Shown here piece after piece: positions 19,588-30,679 of a stretch of DNA of 64,000 nucleotides. Under the pieces are notes generated by a model. It was not told the origin of the DNA and made no database searches. It saw only the letters and a list, made by a program, of their open reading frames with translations. Position numbers and translations under genes: made by a program. This DNA comes from an uncultured delta proteobacterium. Lineage in GTDB: Bacteria > Desulfobacterota > Desulfomonilia > UBA1062. The stretch spans positions 32,001 to 96,000 of the forward strand of contig CAVVYZ010000009.1 of NCBI GenBank assembly GCA_963752595.1. Reading direction: 5' to 3'. Numbering within the stretch: the first letter of the stretch is position 1; every line of letters begins with the position of its first letter.

Positions 19588-20020
19588 TCAGAAATCGAGA
19601 AAGAATCCGGTATTGAATACGAACTGGGTAAAAGCATCGGATTTGATCCGGATGGAAAGGCCCTGATCGTTGCTGAAAACGGTACCGCTGCTGTTGACCA
19701 GCGTAGCGAATCCGCGGCCTTCGATGCGGATGCCGAGATGGCTGACGAGCGGGATCAATGCGCCGATGCCGAACCCCAGGGAGGGGCGGGTCAGCGGGTC
19801 GAACCCCGATGAACGGGGGTTGAAGTGGGTTATTCCTATTGTTCCCACGATAAAGGGCCGGGCGAAATGCTGTTTTTCGCTCAACATGACGGTGCCTCCG
19901 ATCTGGACGTAATGTACATCGAGGTCAAAGAGCACATCATCGGACAATATACCTTTATCAACCTTCAGCTCGGTGGGCTGCCGGCTGCAGTAAAACTCAA
20001 TCTGTGTATCCTTTTCGTAC
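19588..20020 (-). pseudogene. Outer-membrane beta-barrel protein, 5'-truncated fragment
   Basis: Frame open upstream to ~20020 (DTQIEFYCSRQPTELKV...) with no start codon or signal peptide; amphipathic strands and terminal Phe. Confidence 0.6.
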
Positions 20021-20057
20021 CCCTATCTTTACCTTAAGGGTATGCGAAAGGGTTCCT

Positions 20058-20363
20058 ATGTCATTTGTACGGATGAAGGGCGTCGAGGGGTTATTATATG
20101 TCCCCGATGAGCGCGGCGGGGAAAAGCACCCTTGCAGGGACTGCTGCCACTGTCAGTGGTGCAGCGATAACAGGTGCTCGCTGTGTCTCGGCAATCAATC
20201 CTGTTCCAATGATACATGCCGGAGCAGAAAACCTGCTGCCGGGTGCAGGAAAGATACTCAAAAAAAACAGGCCTGTCCCCTTGAAAAACACTCCCGGGCA
20301 CTGATGGTATGGCCCGACACGCCCGCAGCGACAAGAGCGGGGGGGCAATCAGGATTGAAATAG
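20058..20363 (+). CDS. Small cysteine-rich protein
   Basis: MSFVRMKGVEGLLYVPDERGGEKHPCRDCCHCQWCSDNRCSLC...; 11 Cys in about 48 residues. Confidence 0.55.
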   Translation: MSFVRMKGVEGLLYVPDERGGEKHPCRDCCHCQWCSDNRCSLCLGNQSCSNDTCRSRKPAAGCRKDTQKKQACPLEKHSRALMVWPDTPAATRAGGQSGLK

Positions 20364-20755
20364 GGAAAGATCTCGAGACAGCCCTTTCTCCTGAAATAAA
20401 TGCCGGCCAGGCTCAGGTTCAGAAATTGCCCGATAATGCCGTCGAAGTGTCCATGACCCCTCAGACTGCATTTGATACGGGTTCAACGGAGGTCAACCCG
20501 AACTTTGCCCCAACGCTCCGGAAGATTGCAAATATCGTGAAGACCTACGGCAAATCCACGGTCTCGGTTATCGGCTATCCGGATGCCGCAGGCGGAGCAG
20601 CCGATCAGGCAACACTTGCAGACCAGCGGGCAGAAGCAGTGAGAGACATGCTTATCAGCATGGGGATCAAGCCTGTTTTAATAACCGCATCCGGGAATCC
20701 GAAAGCCTCGGGCAATGCAGAGGTTATCATACAGCCTCTGGTTGAACGTTCATGA
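20340..20755 (+). pseudogene. OmpA-domain lipoprotein fragment, N-terminus missing
   Basis: AFDTGSTEVNPNF...VIGYPD...LADQRAEAVRD degenerate OmpA domain; no signal peptide. Confidence 0.6.
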
Positions 20756-20805
20756 GCAGCGCCTTTTAGGCTCCTGCTCCAGACGGTCCGAACCCGGTGC
20801 ATGCG

Positions 20806-21357
20806 TTAATCAATGTGGATGGATGTGAGGACATCCTTGAATTCTTTTTCGCAGCAGAATTCTCCTTCGATCGGCCCGGACATCTCTATGGAAAGTACAT
20901 GGTCCCCGGCAAAGATCAGGTAGCAGCGGGACAGGCACTCCAGCTCGTTTCCATTCTGGTTATAGACCGTGAAGGTTGATTTGATGATGTTGGCCGGCCT
21001 TTTCGATATAAGCCCGTCCGAGGTCGATTCCAGGAGGCAGAAGTCGCGAAATACCGCTTCCAGCTGGATTATCTGCATCTTGAGGAAAGTGGGCCTGTCT
21101 ATGGAGCCTACGCCGATCATCATGCGATGCATTGCCTGCACCGTAGGGAGGACCTGGTCCGAAAACCTGTGATCGTAATGAAAGTATACAAGGGGCTCCT
21201 GGGCATATTTGATCAATTCGTCATTTCCTTCCGAGGGAGGATCGGCTCTGTTTATGAGCAGATTTACCGCCCATTGCTGCGATATGAATATCCAATCTTC
21301 AGGTTTTTCTATGGAGAATCCCAATTCATTGTTTCTGTAGATGTTTCTGTCTTTCAT
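20806..21357 (-). CDS. Hypothetical protein (possible PsbP/Mog1-like fold)
   Basis: YRNNELGFSIEKPEDW start and FKDVLTSIHID end fit this fold; SD GGTAGG. Confidence 0.55.
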   Translation of the reverse strand: MKDRNIYRNNELGFSIEKPEDWIFISQQWAVNLLINRADPPSEGNDELIKYAQEPLVYFHYDHRFSDQVLPTVQAMHRMMIGVGSIDRPTFLKMQIIQLEAVFRDFCLLESTSDGLISKRPANIIKSTFTVYNQNGNELECLSRCYLIFAGDHVLSIEMSGPIEGEFCCEKEFKDVLTSIHID

Positions 21358-21630
21358 GGTCTACCTACGATCCAACGGAGCTCATTAGACGTATACCCCC
21401 GTATCCAGCTTGAAACCTTTATTCTTTCAAAGAAACATAGCCTAATGGGGACCGTTGATTTTGGTATGCAGGGGCATATTTAAACATATAGTGGAGAACT
21501 GCAGACAATCCGGATCAGGCTGCAGCAATCTTATCGATCACCGGAGACCGAAATTCAGTAAATGAAAGCCCGGCTTTGATCCGGTCATACTGTTTCCATG
21601 CGCCCGGGCTTATCATCACATGAAATCTTC

Positions 21631-21647
21631 GTATCAATCTTTGATAC
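21631..21647. promoter_or_regulatory. Palindromic candidate operator upstream of the GAPDH gene
   Basis: GTATCAA-TCT-TTGATAC perfect 7-bp inverted repeat. Confidence 0.35.
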
Positions 21648-21710
21648 CGGCTAGGGCACAGGGAAAATATCTATGGCAAATAATATGTCCTAAAAAAACA
21701 GGAGAGAAAA

Positions 21711-22904
21711 ATGAATAGAGGAAGTATGCCCCGAGTGGCAGTGAACGGATATGGCGTTATCGGCAAACGGGTGGCTGACGCAATAGCGCTTCAGGACGAC
21801 ATGGAGCTCGCAGGGGTAGCCGATGTGTCGAGCGATTACCGCATCCGGGTAGCAGTGGAGCGGGGATACCCGGTATATGCGTCAACCCCTGAGAAACGCC
21901 CGGAGATGGAAGAGGCAAACATACCGGTCGAAGGAACGCTCGATGACCTCCTGAAACAAGCGGATATCGTTGTGGACTGCACCCCCAAGGGGATCGGGGC
22001 GCGGAACAAGGACAAGTACAAGGAGGCGGGAGTAAAAGCCATATTCCAGGGTGGAGAAAAACACTCCCTCGCCGGATATTCGTTCGTTGCACAGGTTAAT
22101 TATGCGGGTGCACTGAACAGGGATTTCGCACGGGTCGTATCATGCAATACAACCGCACTCTGCAGGATTTCCCATGCGCTTCACAAGAAGGGATGGGTCT
22201 ACCGGGTCCGGGCAGTACTCCTCCGCCGGGCGACCGACCCATGGGAATCCCACGATAACGGAATGATCAACACGGCGATTCCCGAGACCAAAGTCCCGAG
22301 CCACCAGGGGCCTGATGCAAAGACGGTCATCCCGGATCTCGATATCACCACAATGGCGGGAGCGGGCCCGTACAACTTGAGCCACCTCCATTATGCCATG
22401 GTCGAAACGAAAAAGAACATTACCATTGAAGAGCTGCGCCATGCCCTCTGGGAAGAGCCGAGGATCGCCTTTGTCAGTTCAGGCAACGGCCTCGTTGCCC
22501 TGAATGCGGTCATCGAGCTCATGCGAGACATGAGGCGTCCGCGGAACGACATGTGGGAAGTGGCGGTCTGGGAAGATGCCCTGTCATCGGATAACCGCGA
22601 AGTGTACATGACGTTCCAGGTCCATAACGAAGCTATCGTTGTTCCCGAGAGTGTCGATGCCGTCCGGTCGCTCACCGGCATCGAGAAAGATTGGCAGACA
22701 TCGGTGGAAAAAACGAACCTGGCCCTGGGCGTAACGAAGAGCTTTTTCCCCCATACCATCCCCGAGGAAGCGATCCATGCAGAGATGGGCAGAAGGCTCA
22801 GGAAAGGAGAACGGGGCCATCAGAAAGAAGGCTTCAAGGGAGCAGAAGAGCCGACCGGACACGTGTTTTCCAAAGAGCAGCGAAATTACTGGGTGGGCAG
22901 ATAG
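21711..22904 (+). CDS. gap: Type II (archaeal-type) phosphorylating glyceraldehyde-3-phosphate dehydrogenase
   Basis: VAVNGYGVIGKRVADA, VVDCTPKGIG, FQGGEK, catalytic VVSCNTT, PSHQGPD, VHNEAIVVPE. Confidence 0.92.
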   Translation: MNRGSMPRVAVNGYGVIGKRVADAIALQDDMELAGVADVSSDYRIRVAVERGYPVYASTPEKRPEMEEANIPVEGTLDDLLKQADIVVDCTPKGIGARNKDKYKEAGVKAIFQGGEKHSLAGYSFVAQVNYAGALNRDFARVVSCNTTALCRISHALHKKGWVYRVRAVLLRRATDPWESHDNGMINTAIPETKVPSHQGPDAKTVIPDLDITTMAGAGPYNLSHLHYAMVETKKNITIEELRHALWEEPRIAFVSSGNGLVALNAVIELMRDMRRPRNDMWEVAVWEDALSSDNREVYMTFQVHNEAIVVPESVDAVRSLTGIEKDWQTSVEKTNLALGVTKSFFPHTIPEEAIHAEMGRRLRKGERGHQKEGFKGAEEPTGHVFSKEQRNYWVGR

Positions 22905-22971
22905 AAACCATCATTTTCCTTCTCGAATAGATACTCCGGCCGAACGGGATCTGCCCTGTTAAAGGCCTGAC

Positions 22972-23010
22972 AGCGGGGACATCTTTTTCTTCAGGAAAGA
23001 TGTCCCCGCT
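22972..23010. terminator. Long hairpin between convergent genes
   Basis: agcggggacatcttt / aaagatgtccccgct 15-bp perfect stem. Confidence 0.65.
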
Positions 23011-23021
23011 CGTATTCTCCC

Positions 23022-23795
23022 CTACAGCTTATAATCCTTGATAAGCTTGCGTTCCATCTCGCCCGTGATCGTTGCCTGGATTTCGACATAATCCTTGATC
23101 GAAGAGTTCTGGAGCTTATTGCGGAGAAGCTCATCGACCTGGAATATGCCTGCCGAGTTTGCCAAGGCTATCACCAGCTTGACCGGCCGCTCCTCTCCCT
23201 CCTCGATATCGACCCTGTCGACTGCCTGGGCAGAAATCGAATGGATATTGACCTTCCCTGCCTCGAAGGGGATGCGGGACCTTCCCTGGCTCATGTCCAG
23301 TGCATCGGCGACCTTCAGGACACCGGCCTCAATGGTGAGGCAGGTTTCCCTTGCATTATGAGCAACGATGTCGTGCATCACCTCACAGATCACGATCGTC
23401 AGGGCAGGCTCTTCATAGATGCCCGCCAGCAGTTCCCGGGATTTCGGATAAGCGAAAAGCAGGCTGTACTGCTCGTGATTATGCCGGTGGACTGCAATCC
23501 CCACATCGTGAAGAAATGATGCCAGGACGACGATCAATTCGGCGTCTTCCACGCCCAGTCCATAGTTCTTCACAACGCTGGGCTCGACTCCTCCCTTGAT
23601 CAGGAGGCGCAGTATCTTCAAAGCCGCGTTGGATACAATCCGGATATGGATTTCGCCGTGATCGTTTATCCCACTGCGGTCGACCGCGTTCATATTGGCG
23701 CATTTCCACAGCTGATGGAGCTCTTCATCCTCGTAGATCCGTTTGAGAAGCTTCTCCAGCTTGGTATTGCCCCTTGCAGGTATCCGAAAATTCAT
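23022..23795 (-). CDS. HD-domain metal-dependent phosphohydrolase (COG3294-like)
   Basis: NDHGEIH, LHDVG, KVADALDMSQGRSR, NIHSIS and SAGIFQVD motifs. Confidence 0.85.
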   Translation of the reverse strand: MNFRIPARGNTKLEKLLKRIYEDEELHQLWKCANMNAVDRSGINDHGEIHIRIVSNAALKILRLLIKGGVEPSVVKNYGLGVEDAELIVVLASFLHDVGIAVHRHNHEQYSLLFAYPKSRELLAGIYEEPALTIVICEVMHDIVAHNARETCLTIEAGVLKVADALDMSQGRSRIPFEAGKVNIHSISAQAVDRVDIEEGEERPVKLVIALANSAGIFQVDELLRNKLQNSSIKDYVEIQATITGEMERKLIKDYKL

Positions 23796-24050
23796 ATTCC
23801 CCCCGATGCTTTCGTTATCCGGCATGCAAGACAGCCATCTTTCTTTTATAGGGGATTCCTGTGCACATGACCAGTTTCTTCAGAAATTTTCACTGCCGGG
23901 CGGACGTTTGCCGATCAGGGGATTTATCAATATTGTATGGCGCCCATGGGTATTGTATGGTCCGTTTTGTACAAACCGCACCAAGGGGATGCAGCCGGAA
24001 GATAATGCCCTAATGTGCAGATATGCATTGACAACGGGATACGCTCCATA

Positions 24051-24989
24051 ATGGATTTGAAGAGAAAACTTGCACTCATAACAGTAGTACTGTCGTTCTC
24101 CTTGGCGGGATATCCAGCTGCCGCCGGCGCAGACACTGATGCCCAAACCGGCCGTACGACGGCCGTCCTTCCTCACGCCGGAAAGAAAGTACTCATCGTC
24201 AGCAGCGATCATGCTTACCCCCCTTACGTGTTCATGAAAGACGGGACACCGACCGGCTTCAATATCGAGCTTATCCGGGCAGTGGCAGAGGTCATGGATA
24301 TCCCCATACGGATCGTACTCGGCCCATGGAGCCTGGTCAGGCACAAGCTGGAGAGCAGGAAAGTGGACGTGCCGGCAGGCATGTATTATTCGAAGGAAAG
24401 GGACCTGCTCGCCGACTTTTCCGTTCCCAACACGCTGGTGACTTCAGGACTGTTCGTGCGCAAAGGCTCATCCATCCGATCCCTGGAAGGGATTCGCGAC
24501 CATGTCACCATTTACAGCCGGCCCGGCATCGGATCCATCTTCAAGGTTTTTTTCCCGGCTTCCACAGCCGAGGCTTCCCAGGCTCCGCCGATCACTGAGG
24601 ATGGGGACATTCCCGGAGGGAGCGAAACGGTTCTTTTATGCGAGGATGACGAAAGCGTGCGGCAGCTCAGCATGAGCATTCTCTCCTCCAACGGCTATCA
24701 CGTCATCTCTGCCTGCAGCGGCATGGATGCGCTCGAGCTGGCAGGAAGGGGCGGCTCCATAGACCTTCTCTTAGCCGATGTCATCATGCCGGGGATGAAC
24801 GGCAAGATGCTCGCCGAGCGCCTCAAAAAAAATATCCCGAACCTTAAGATCATGTTCATCTCCGGCTACACGGACGATGTCATCATTCATCAAGGCATCC
24901 TCGAGCCCGGATTCGAGCTGCTCATGAAGCCTTTTACCAGCGCAGATCTCCTGTGCAGCATCCGCCGAGTGATCGACGGGGCTGCATAA
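24051..24989 (+). pseudogene. Hybrid sensor kinase remnant: periplasmic substrate-binding domain fused in frame to HATPase tail + receiver
   Basis: Signal peptide + PBP (YPPY, GFNIEL) breaks at ~24500 into HVTIYSRPGIGSIFKVFFP, then REC (EDD, DVIMP, KPF); no TM or His-kinase core. Confidence 0.75.
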
Positions 24990-25022
24990 TCCGAACAGCA
25001 AAGGCATCGAGAGGGTCATCCT

Positions 25023-26057
25023 GTGGCTGCCTGCAAAACAGTATCACCGGATACGATACAGAACGGTTTTTCCAACATCCCTTCAAGACACGGCAAAGAA
25101 ATCCCGAAAGATTTCTCCATGCATGCAAGAATGAGAAGACCCGGCGCGCAGAGCTTCTCCGGATCAATCGCTCTGGCGCTGTCGATCGCCGTCATTTTCA
25201 TCTTCATGTCCGGTGCGTACTGGAAGCAGCCCCGCCCGTGCGAGGAGCCGGTAACATACCGCATCGGCCATGTCGATCCACGGTTCGGGTTGAGCCGCAA
25301 AGAAGTTACCGGGGCAATAGACGATGCGGCCTCCATATGGGAAAAAACAACCCGTCTTGACCTTTTCCAGCAAGAGCAGAAAGGGGCTGTCGAGATCATT
25401 TTTGTATACGATTACCGCCAGGAAGCGGCAGACAAGCTTAAAGGCATAAGCGGCAGCATCGATAACACAAAAAGCTCTTATGATGACCTGAAAGCCCGGT
25501 ATGAAAGCCTGAAGGAAGAGTACGAGCAGAAAGAGACCGCATTGACGAGCGATATCGATTCTTACAATGTGCGGATGCATGCATTGAAGGCGGAAAACGA
25601 TGCCGCTTCACAACAGGGAGGGGCCCCTGAGGACGTCTATAAAAAGCTCCTGGCGGAAAAAGAGTTCCTCGACTCCCTGCACGACGCTCTGGAAACCCGC
25701 CGCATCGAGCTGAACAATATCGTCGAGACCCTCAACAGACTGGCTGAAGCCATCAACGAGATTGCAAACAACCTGAATCTCGAAGTGGTGAACTACAACC
25801 GCACAGGCAAGCAGCTGCGGGAGGAATTCAGCCAAGGACTGTATGAAAAGAGAAACGGCCGTCAGACCATCACGGTCTTCCATTTCAATAACCGCGACAG
25901 GCTTGTGCGGGTATTGGCCCACGAACTCGGTCATGCCCTGGGATTAAGCCACAACAACAACCCCAAGGCTCTCATGTACCGGCTGAACCAGACCGACTCC
26001 CTCGAACTCACCGCGGAAGATATCTCCGCACTGCAGAGACGCTGCACAGGCGGCTGA
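25023..26057 (+). CDS. Matrixin (M10)-family metalloprotease with coiled-coil insert; true start probably ~25119-25131
   Basis: HELGHALGLSH zinc motif and ALMY Met-turn; N-terminal TM. Confidence 0.85.
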   Translation: MAACKTVSPDTIQNGFSNIPSRHGKEIPKDFSMHARMRRPGAQSFSGSIALALSIAVIFIFMSGAYWKQPRPCEEPVTYRIGHVDPRFGLSRKEVTGAIDDAASIWEKTTRLDLFQQEQKGAVEIIFVYDYRQEAADKLKGISGSIDNTKSSYDDLKARYESLKEEYEQKETALTSDIDSYNVRMHALKAENDAASQQGGAPEDVYKKLLAEKEFLDSLHDALETRRIELNNIVETLNRLAEAINEIANNLNLEVVNYNRTGKQLREEFSQGLYEKRNGRQTITVFHFNNRDRLVRVLAHELGHALGLSHNNNPKALMYRLNQTDSLELTAEDISALQRRCTGG

Positions 26058-26146
26058 GGAAACACCTTCCCTTTTCCTGCCGGAGCCTTAACCTTATTGC
26101 AAACATATAGACATAACCTCTTTCCCTTGTTAATGATGAAAGGGCT

Positions 26147-27663
26147 ATGAAGAGATCATTTATCCAGCCCCCTTCACCCGAGACGCACCCGTATGTAAGG
26201 CTGCTTGCCGAACAGGCATTCTCACGTGCAGCAGGCGCACCGCTCATTCCGGGAAACAGTGTCCGCCTCCTCAAAGATGCCGGCGAGAATTACCCTGCAT
26301 GGCTCGATGCAATGCGCTCCGCAAAGAAGAGCATCCACTTCGAAAGCTACATCATTTATGACGACGAGATCGGCGAGATGTTTGCCGAGGTGATGACTGC
26401 CAAGGCACAGCAAGGAGTGAAGGTCAGGCTGATCTACGACTGGCTGGGCGCGCTGGGAAGACTTCCCGCCGTTTCTGGAAAGAACTCATCGATGCAGGCG
26501 TGGACGTGCGCTGCTTCAATCCGCCCCATATCGGCCACCCTCTGAGCTGGCTGAGCAGAGACCACCGCAAGATGATTGCAGTCGACGGCAAAGTCGGTTT
26601 TGTCACGGGTCTGTGCGTCGGCAGAATGTGGGCGGGTGGTCCGGAGCCGGCAATCGAGCCGTGGCGCGATACGGGCATCAGGGTGGAAGGACCGGCAGTA
26701 GCCGATATCGAACACTCCTTTGCCGACGTGTGGTCTACTATGGGGCCTCCCCTTCCGGAGGAAGAGATCCCTGCCCTGAGCACCTTACATCCGGCAGGCG
26801 ACATAACCTTACGGGTAGTGGCCAGCATCCCGAATACCGCAGGGCTCTTCCGCCTGGACCAGCTCATCGCTGCAGTGGCCCGCCAGTCTCTCTGGCTCAC
26901 GGATGCATATTTCCTCGGGCTGACCCCGTATGTACAGGCGCTCAGGGCTGCTGCGAGAGACGGCGTCGATGTCAGGCTTCTCGTTCCCGGGACGACCGAC
27001 ATCCCGGTCTTAAGAGCGGTTTCCCGGGCCGGATTCCAGCCCCTTCTGGAAGCCGGGGTCAGGATCTTCGAATGGAACGGCCCCATGCTCCACGCAAAGA
27101 CTGCGGTGGCCGACAGCCGGTGGGCCAGGATCGGATCCAGCAATCTGAATATCTCCAGCTGGCTCGGCAATTACGAGCTCGATATTGCCGTGGAGGATGA
27201 GGGATTCGCCCGGGCCATGGAAAGAATGTACCTCGAAGACCTGGCACATTCGACGGAGATCGTGCTGAGCAGTCGCCATGTCGTATGCCCTGCACAGAGC
27301 CGCCCAAAGGTGTCCCGCAGGATGAAAGACAGGAGAAAAGGAAGCATCGGGCGGGCCGGAGCCGGGTTCATCAGGGCAGGAAGGGTCGTGGAGGCAGCCA
27401 TAAGCAACCGCCGGACTCTGGGTCCTGCCGAGGCGAAAATCATGCTCATCGCAAGCATGGTTCTCCTGTTCTTTGCCGGCATAGCACTGCTCTTGCCGAG
27501 GCTGCTCTCTGTCCCGTTCGCAATTTTCAGCGGCTGGCTTGCCATAGCACTGCTCATCAAGGCATACCGGACACGGTCGCGAGGGGAAAAGGCACCCGGC
27601 ACGAAACGGGATGCCGTGAAAAACTCATCTGCCGACTGTACCCCTTCCAGCCCCTTAAAATGA
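26147..27663 (+). CDS. cls: Cardiolipin synthase (phospholipase D family), one frameshift at ~26460
   Basis: Two HKD motifs ([16 protein letters not shown]); ORFs 26147-26545 and 26500-27663 join if one A is restored. Confidence 0.88.
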
Positions 27664-27708
27664 ATTAGGTATTGTCACCGCGCACCCGCTTATACTACAT
27701 GACCTGAC

Positions 27709-29532
27709 ATGACACGCATTGAACTCCTTGCCCCTGCCAAAGACCTTGAGTGCGGGAAAGCTGCCATAGACCACGGTGCAGATTCGGTCTACATCGGAGG
27801 CCCGTCGTTCGGCGCCAGGGCGGCTGCCGGCAACGGGGTGGCAGATGTCGAGAAGCTCGCCCGCTATGCCCATCGCTATCACGCAAAGGTATACCTGACG
27901 CTGAACACCATCCTCTTCGACGGCGAGCTGGATGAGGCGCTGATTATCGCCCGCCAGGCCTGGGAAGCAGGGGCGGATGCCCTGATCATCCAGGATGCGG
28001 GGCTGCTCGAACTCGGTCTGCCCCCGATACCCCTGATTGCCAGCACCCAGATGAACAATGCGGATGTCTCACACATCCGTTTCCTGGAGCAGGCCGGATT
28101 CCAGCGTGCCATCCTTGCGCGGGAGCTTTCCCTGGAACAGATTCACGAGATACGCCGCAATACCACGATCGAGCTGGAAGCATTTGTCCACGGAGCGCTG
28201 TGCGTAAGCTACAGCGGCCGGTGCTACCTGAGTGCGGCCCTGGGAGGCCGAAGCGCCAACCGCGGTTCCTGCGGGCAGCCCTGCCGCCTTCCCTGGAGCC
28301 TCATCGATGCGGACGGCCGCTTGCTCGATCAGAACCGCCACTGCTTAAGCCTCAAGGATATGGACCGGAGCGATTTCCTGGCCGACCTCATCGCTTCGGG
28401 CGTCACTGCGTTCAAGATCGAGGGCCGTCTCAAAGACATGGCATACGTCAAGAACGTCACCGCTTACTACCGCACCCGGATCGACTCCCTGCTCGAGTCC
28501 CGGCCCGATCTTTGCCGGGCTTCAAGCGGACGCACCGAGTTCTCCTTCATACCCAACCCCCGCAAAACCTTCTGCCGGGGGGCAACCGCTTATTTTCTCC
28601 AGGGGCAATCCGACGACATCCGGTCGCCCGACACCCCGAAGTCAACCGGCGAAGAGATCGGCCATGTCACCCAGTGCGGCCAGAACTGGTTCTGCCTGGA
28701 CGAAGGAGCCGATGCGATCAATGCCGGAGACGGCCTGTGCTTCTTTGACCGGGAGAGAGAGCTCCAGGGCCTGCAGGTGGTCAAGGTTATAAACAGTCGG
28801 GTCCAGGCTCACATGCCGATTCCCGGGCTCAAGCGAGGCATGAAGATCATGCGCAACCGCGACCACCAGTTTCTGAAAACCCTCTCGGGCGAGACGGCTC
28901 ATCGGAAAATAGCCCTGAACCTTACCTTCCGGGAGACAGCGGAAGGCTTTTCCCTTGAGGGAAGCGATGAAGACGGCATTGCTGCAACTACTGTCCTCAC
29001 GGCCGGAAAAGAGCCTGCGGAGAAACCCGAGGCGGCCATGGATACCATCCGGAAACAGCTCTCCCGGGTAAATGACAGCATCTTCACTCTTGTCTCACTG
29101 ACCCTGGATACGAGCCCTTATTTTCTCCGCACATCCGAGCTCAACGGCCTGAGACGAGAGCTTATCGCCTCGCTGGAAGCAAAACGCTCGGAATCGTATC
29201 CCCATCCCGTACAGCGGCCGGTGCCGGAAGCAGCTGCCACCTACCCTGAGCCGGAGCTCGATTATCGCTATAACGTCAGCAATAGAGCCGCCCGCGAGTT
29301 CTACCGGAAGCATGGAGCAGCCGTCATCGAGCCTGCTTTCGAAGTGCAGCCCCCTGCACCGGGGGCTTCCCTCATGACCACCAGGCACTGCCTGCGCCGG
29401 TGTCTGGAAGCGTGTCCGAAACAGAAGCCCCACAACTCCCTTGCGGAGCCTCTCTTCATCGAGCATGCAGGCCGCCGCTTCCGCCTTGCATTTGACTGTG
29501 CCGACTGCCGGATGCACATAGTCATGGACTGA
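27709..29532 (+). CDS. rlhA: Peptidase U32-family protein, long RlhA type (23S rRNA hydroxylation)
   Basis: ELLAPA, LARELS, FVHGALCVSYSGRC, NRGSCGQPCR, KIEGR plus DUF3656-like C-terminal region. Confidence 0.8.
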   Translation: MTRIELLAPAKDLECGKAAIDHGADSVYIGGPSFGARAAAGNGVADVEKLARYAHRYHAKVYLTLNTILFDGELDEALIIARQAWEAGADALIIQDAGLLELGLPPIPLIASTQMNNADVSHIRFLEQAGFQRAILARELSLEQIHEIRRNTTIELEAFVHGALCVSYSGRCYLSAALGGRSANRGSCGQPCRLPWSLIDADGRLLDQNRHCLSLKDMDRSDFLADLIASGVTAFKIEGRLKDMAYVKNVTAYYRTRIDSLLESRPDLCRASSGRTEFSFIPNPRKTFCRGATAYFLQGQSDDIRSPDTPKSTGEEIGHVTQCGQNWFCLDEGADAINAGDGLCFFDRERELQGLQVVKVINSRVQAHMPIPGLKRGMKIMRNRDHQFLKTLSGETAHRKIALNLTFRETAEGFSLEGSDEDGIAATTVLTAGKEPAEKPEAAMDTIRKQLSRVNDSIFTLVSLTLDTSPYFLRTSELNGLRRELIASLEAKRSESYPHPVQRPVPEAAATYPEPELDYRYNVSNRAAREFYRKHGAAVIEPAFEVQPPAPGASLMTTRHCLRRCLEACPKQKPHNSLAEPLFIEHAGRRFRLAFDCADCRMHIVMD

Positions 29533-29693
29533 GCTTCGCTTAAAGGGGCTGTTCAGAAAGAGCGACAGTAATCCTCTGAAAAAGCCGGACGAGTGTAAAC
29601 CAGAAAGTAAGAACCCTTGGTTTATGCCTTACAAAAAGAGCTCGGTCCTGATACAGAGAACATGAATACGTATTATATCTTGAGGAGTGATCA

Positions 29694-30611
29694 ATGCAGG
29701 GACATCGGAATGAGTTACGGCCAAAAGCAATGAAGCAGACGTTCCTGAAAGTAACCGAGCCTGCCGAGCTGATGCAGTTTCTGATTGCCCGGATGCCGGA
29801 CAAGAGCCGCAGCACCATCAAGTCTCTCCTTGCCCATCACCAGGTTCTGGTCGACGATAAGGCGATCACTCAGTTCAATCACCGACTGAAGCCCGGCCAG
29901 CAGGTCACGATAACATGGACCAAGGTGCTGCAGAGAGATAGGCAGAAAGGCCTGAAAATCGTTTTTGAGGACCCCTACATCATCGTAATCGAGAAGCAGC
30001 CCGGCCTGCTCTCCATTGCAACGGAGAAAGAAAATGAACGCACAGCCTACAGGATGCTGAGCGACCAGGTAAAACGGATAGACCCGAAGAACCGGATATT
30101 CGTGGTGCATCGGCTCGACCGGGAGGCTTCGGGCCTCATGATGTTTGCCAAGAACAAAGAGATACAGCGCCTGCTGCAGGATGCATGGCAGACAGACATC
30201 CTCGAACGAAGCTATGCGGTGGTGGTGGAAGGCCGCATCCAAAAGGAGCAGGACACGATCACTTCATGGCTGAAGCAGAACAAAGCCCATGTCATGTACT
30301 CGACCCAGACCCCCCGAGACGGCCGGAAAGCCGTGACCCGCTACAGGATGCTGATGTGTAATGACAACTACTCACTGCTGGAAGTGAAGGTCGAGACAGG
30401 CAGAAAGAACCAGATCCGCATTCATATGAAAGACCTCGGCCACAGCATCGTCGGCGATAAGAAATACGGATCAACGGAGAAGCCCATCGGCCGCCTCGGC
30501 CTTCACGCCCGTGTCCTAGCCTTCCGGCATCCGGTGACCGGCAAGGAGCTCCGTTTTGAAACCCCGATCCCCAAGGAGTTCCTGCGCCTGTTCGGCGAAA
30601 AGCGGGTATAA
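29694..30611 (+). CDS. RluA-family pseudouridine synthase with S4-like N-terminus
   Basis: KQPGLLS, VHRLDRE, TGRKNQIR, GDKKYG, LHA. Confidence 0.93.
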   Translation: MQGHRNELRPKAMKQTFLKVTEPAELMQFLIARMPDKSRSTIKSLLAHHQVLVDDKAITQFNHRLKPGQQVTITWTKVLQRDRQKGLKIVFEDPYIIVIEKQPGLLSIATEKENERTAYRMLSDQVKRIDPKNRIFVVHRLDREASGLMMFAKNKEIQRLLQDAWQTDILERSYAVVVEGRIQKEQDTITSWLKQNKAHVMYSTQTPRDGRKAVTRYRMLMCNDNYSLLEVKVETGRKNQIRIHMKDLGHSIVGDKKYGSTEKPIGRLGLHARVLAFRHPVTGKELRFETPIPKEFLRLFGEKRV

Positions 30612-30679
30612 AAAGCCGTATCCCTTTGCCTTTACAGGCGGACATGTGTGTGGTCCGGCCTTCCGGTACGATATTCATA

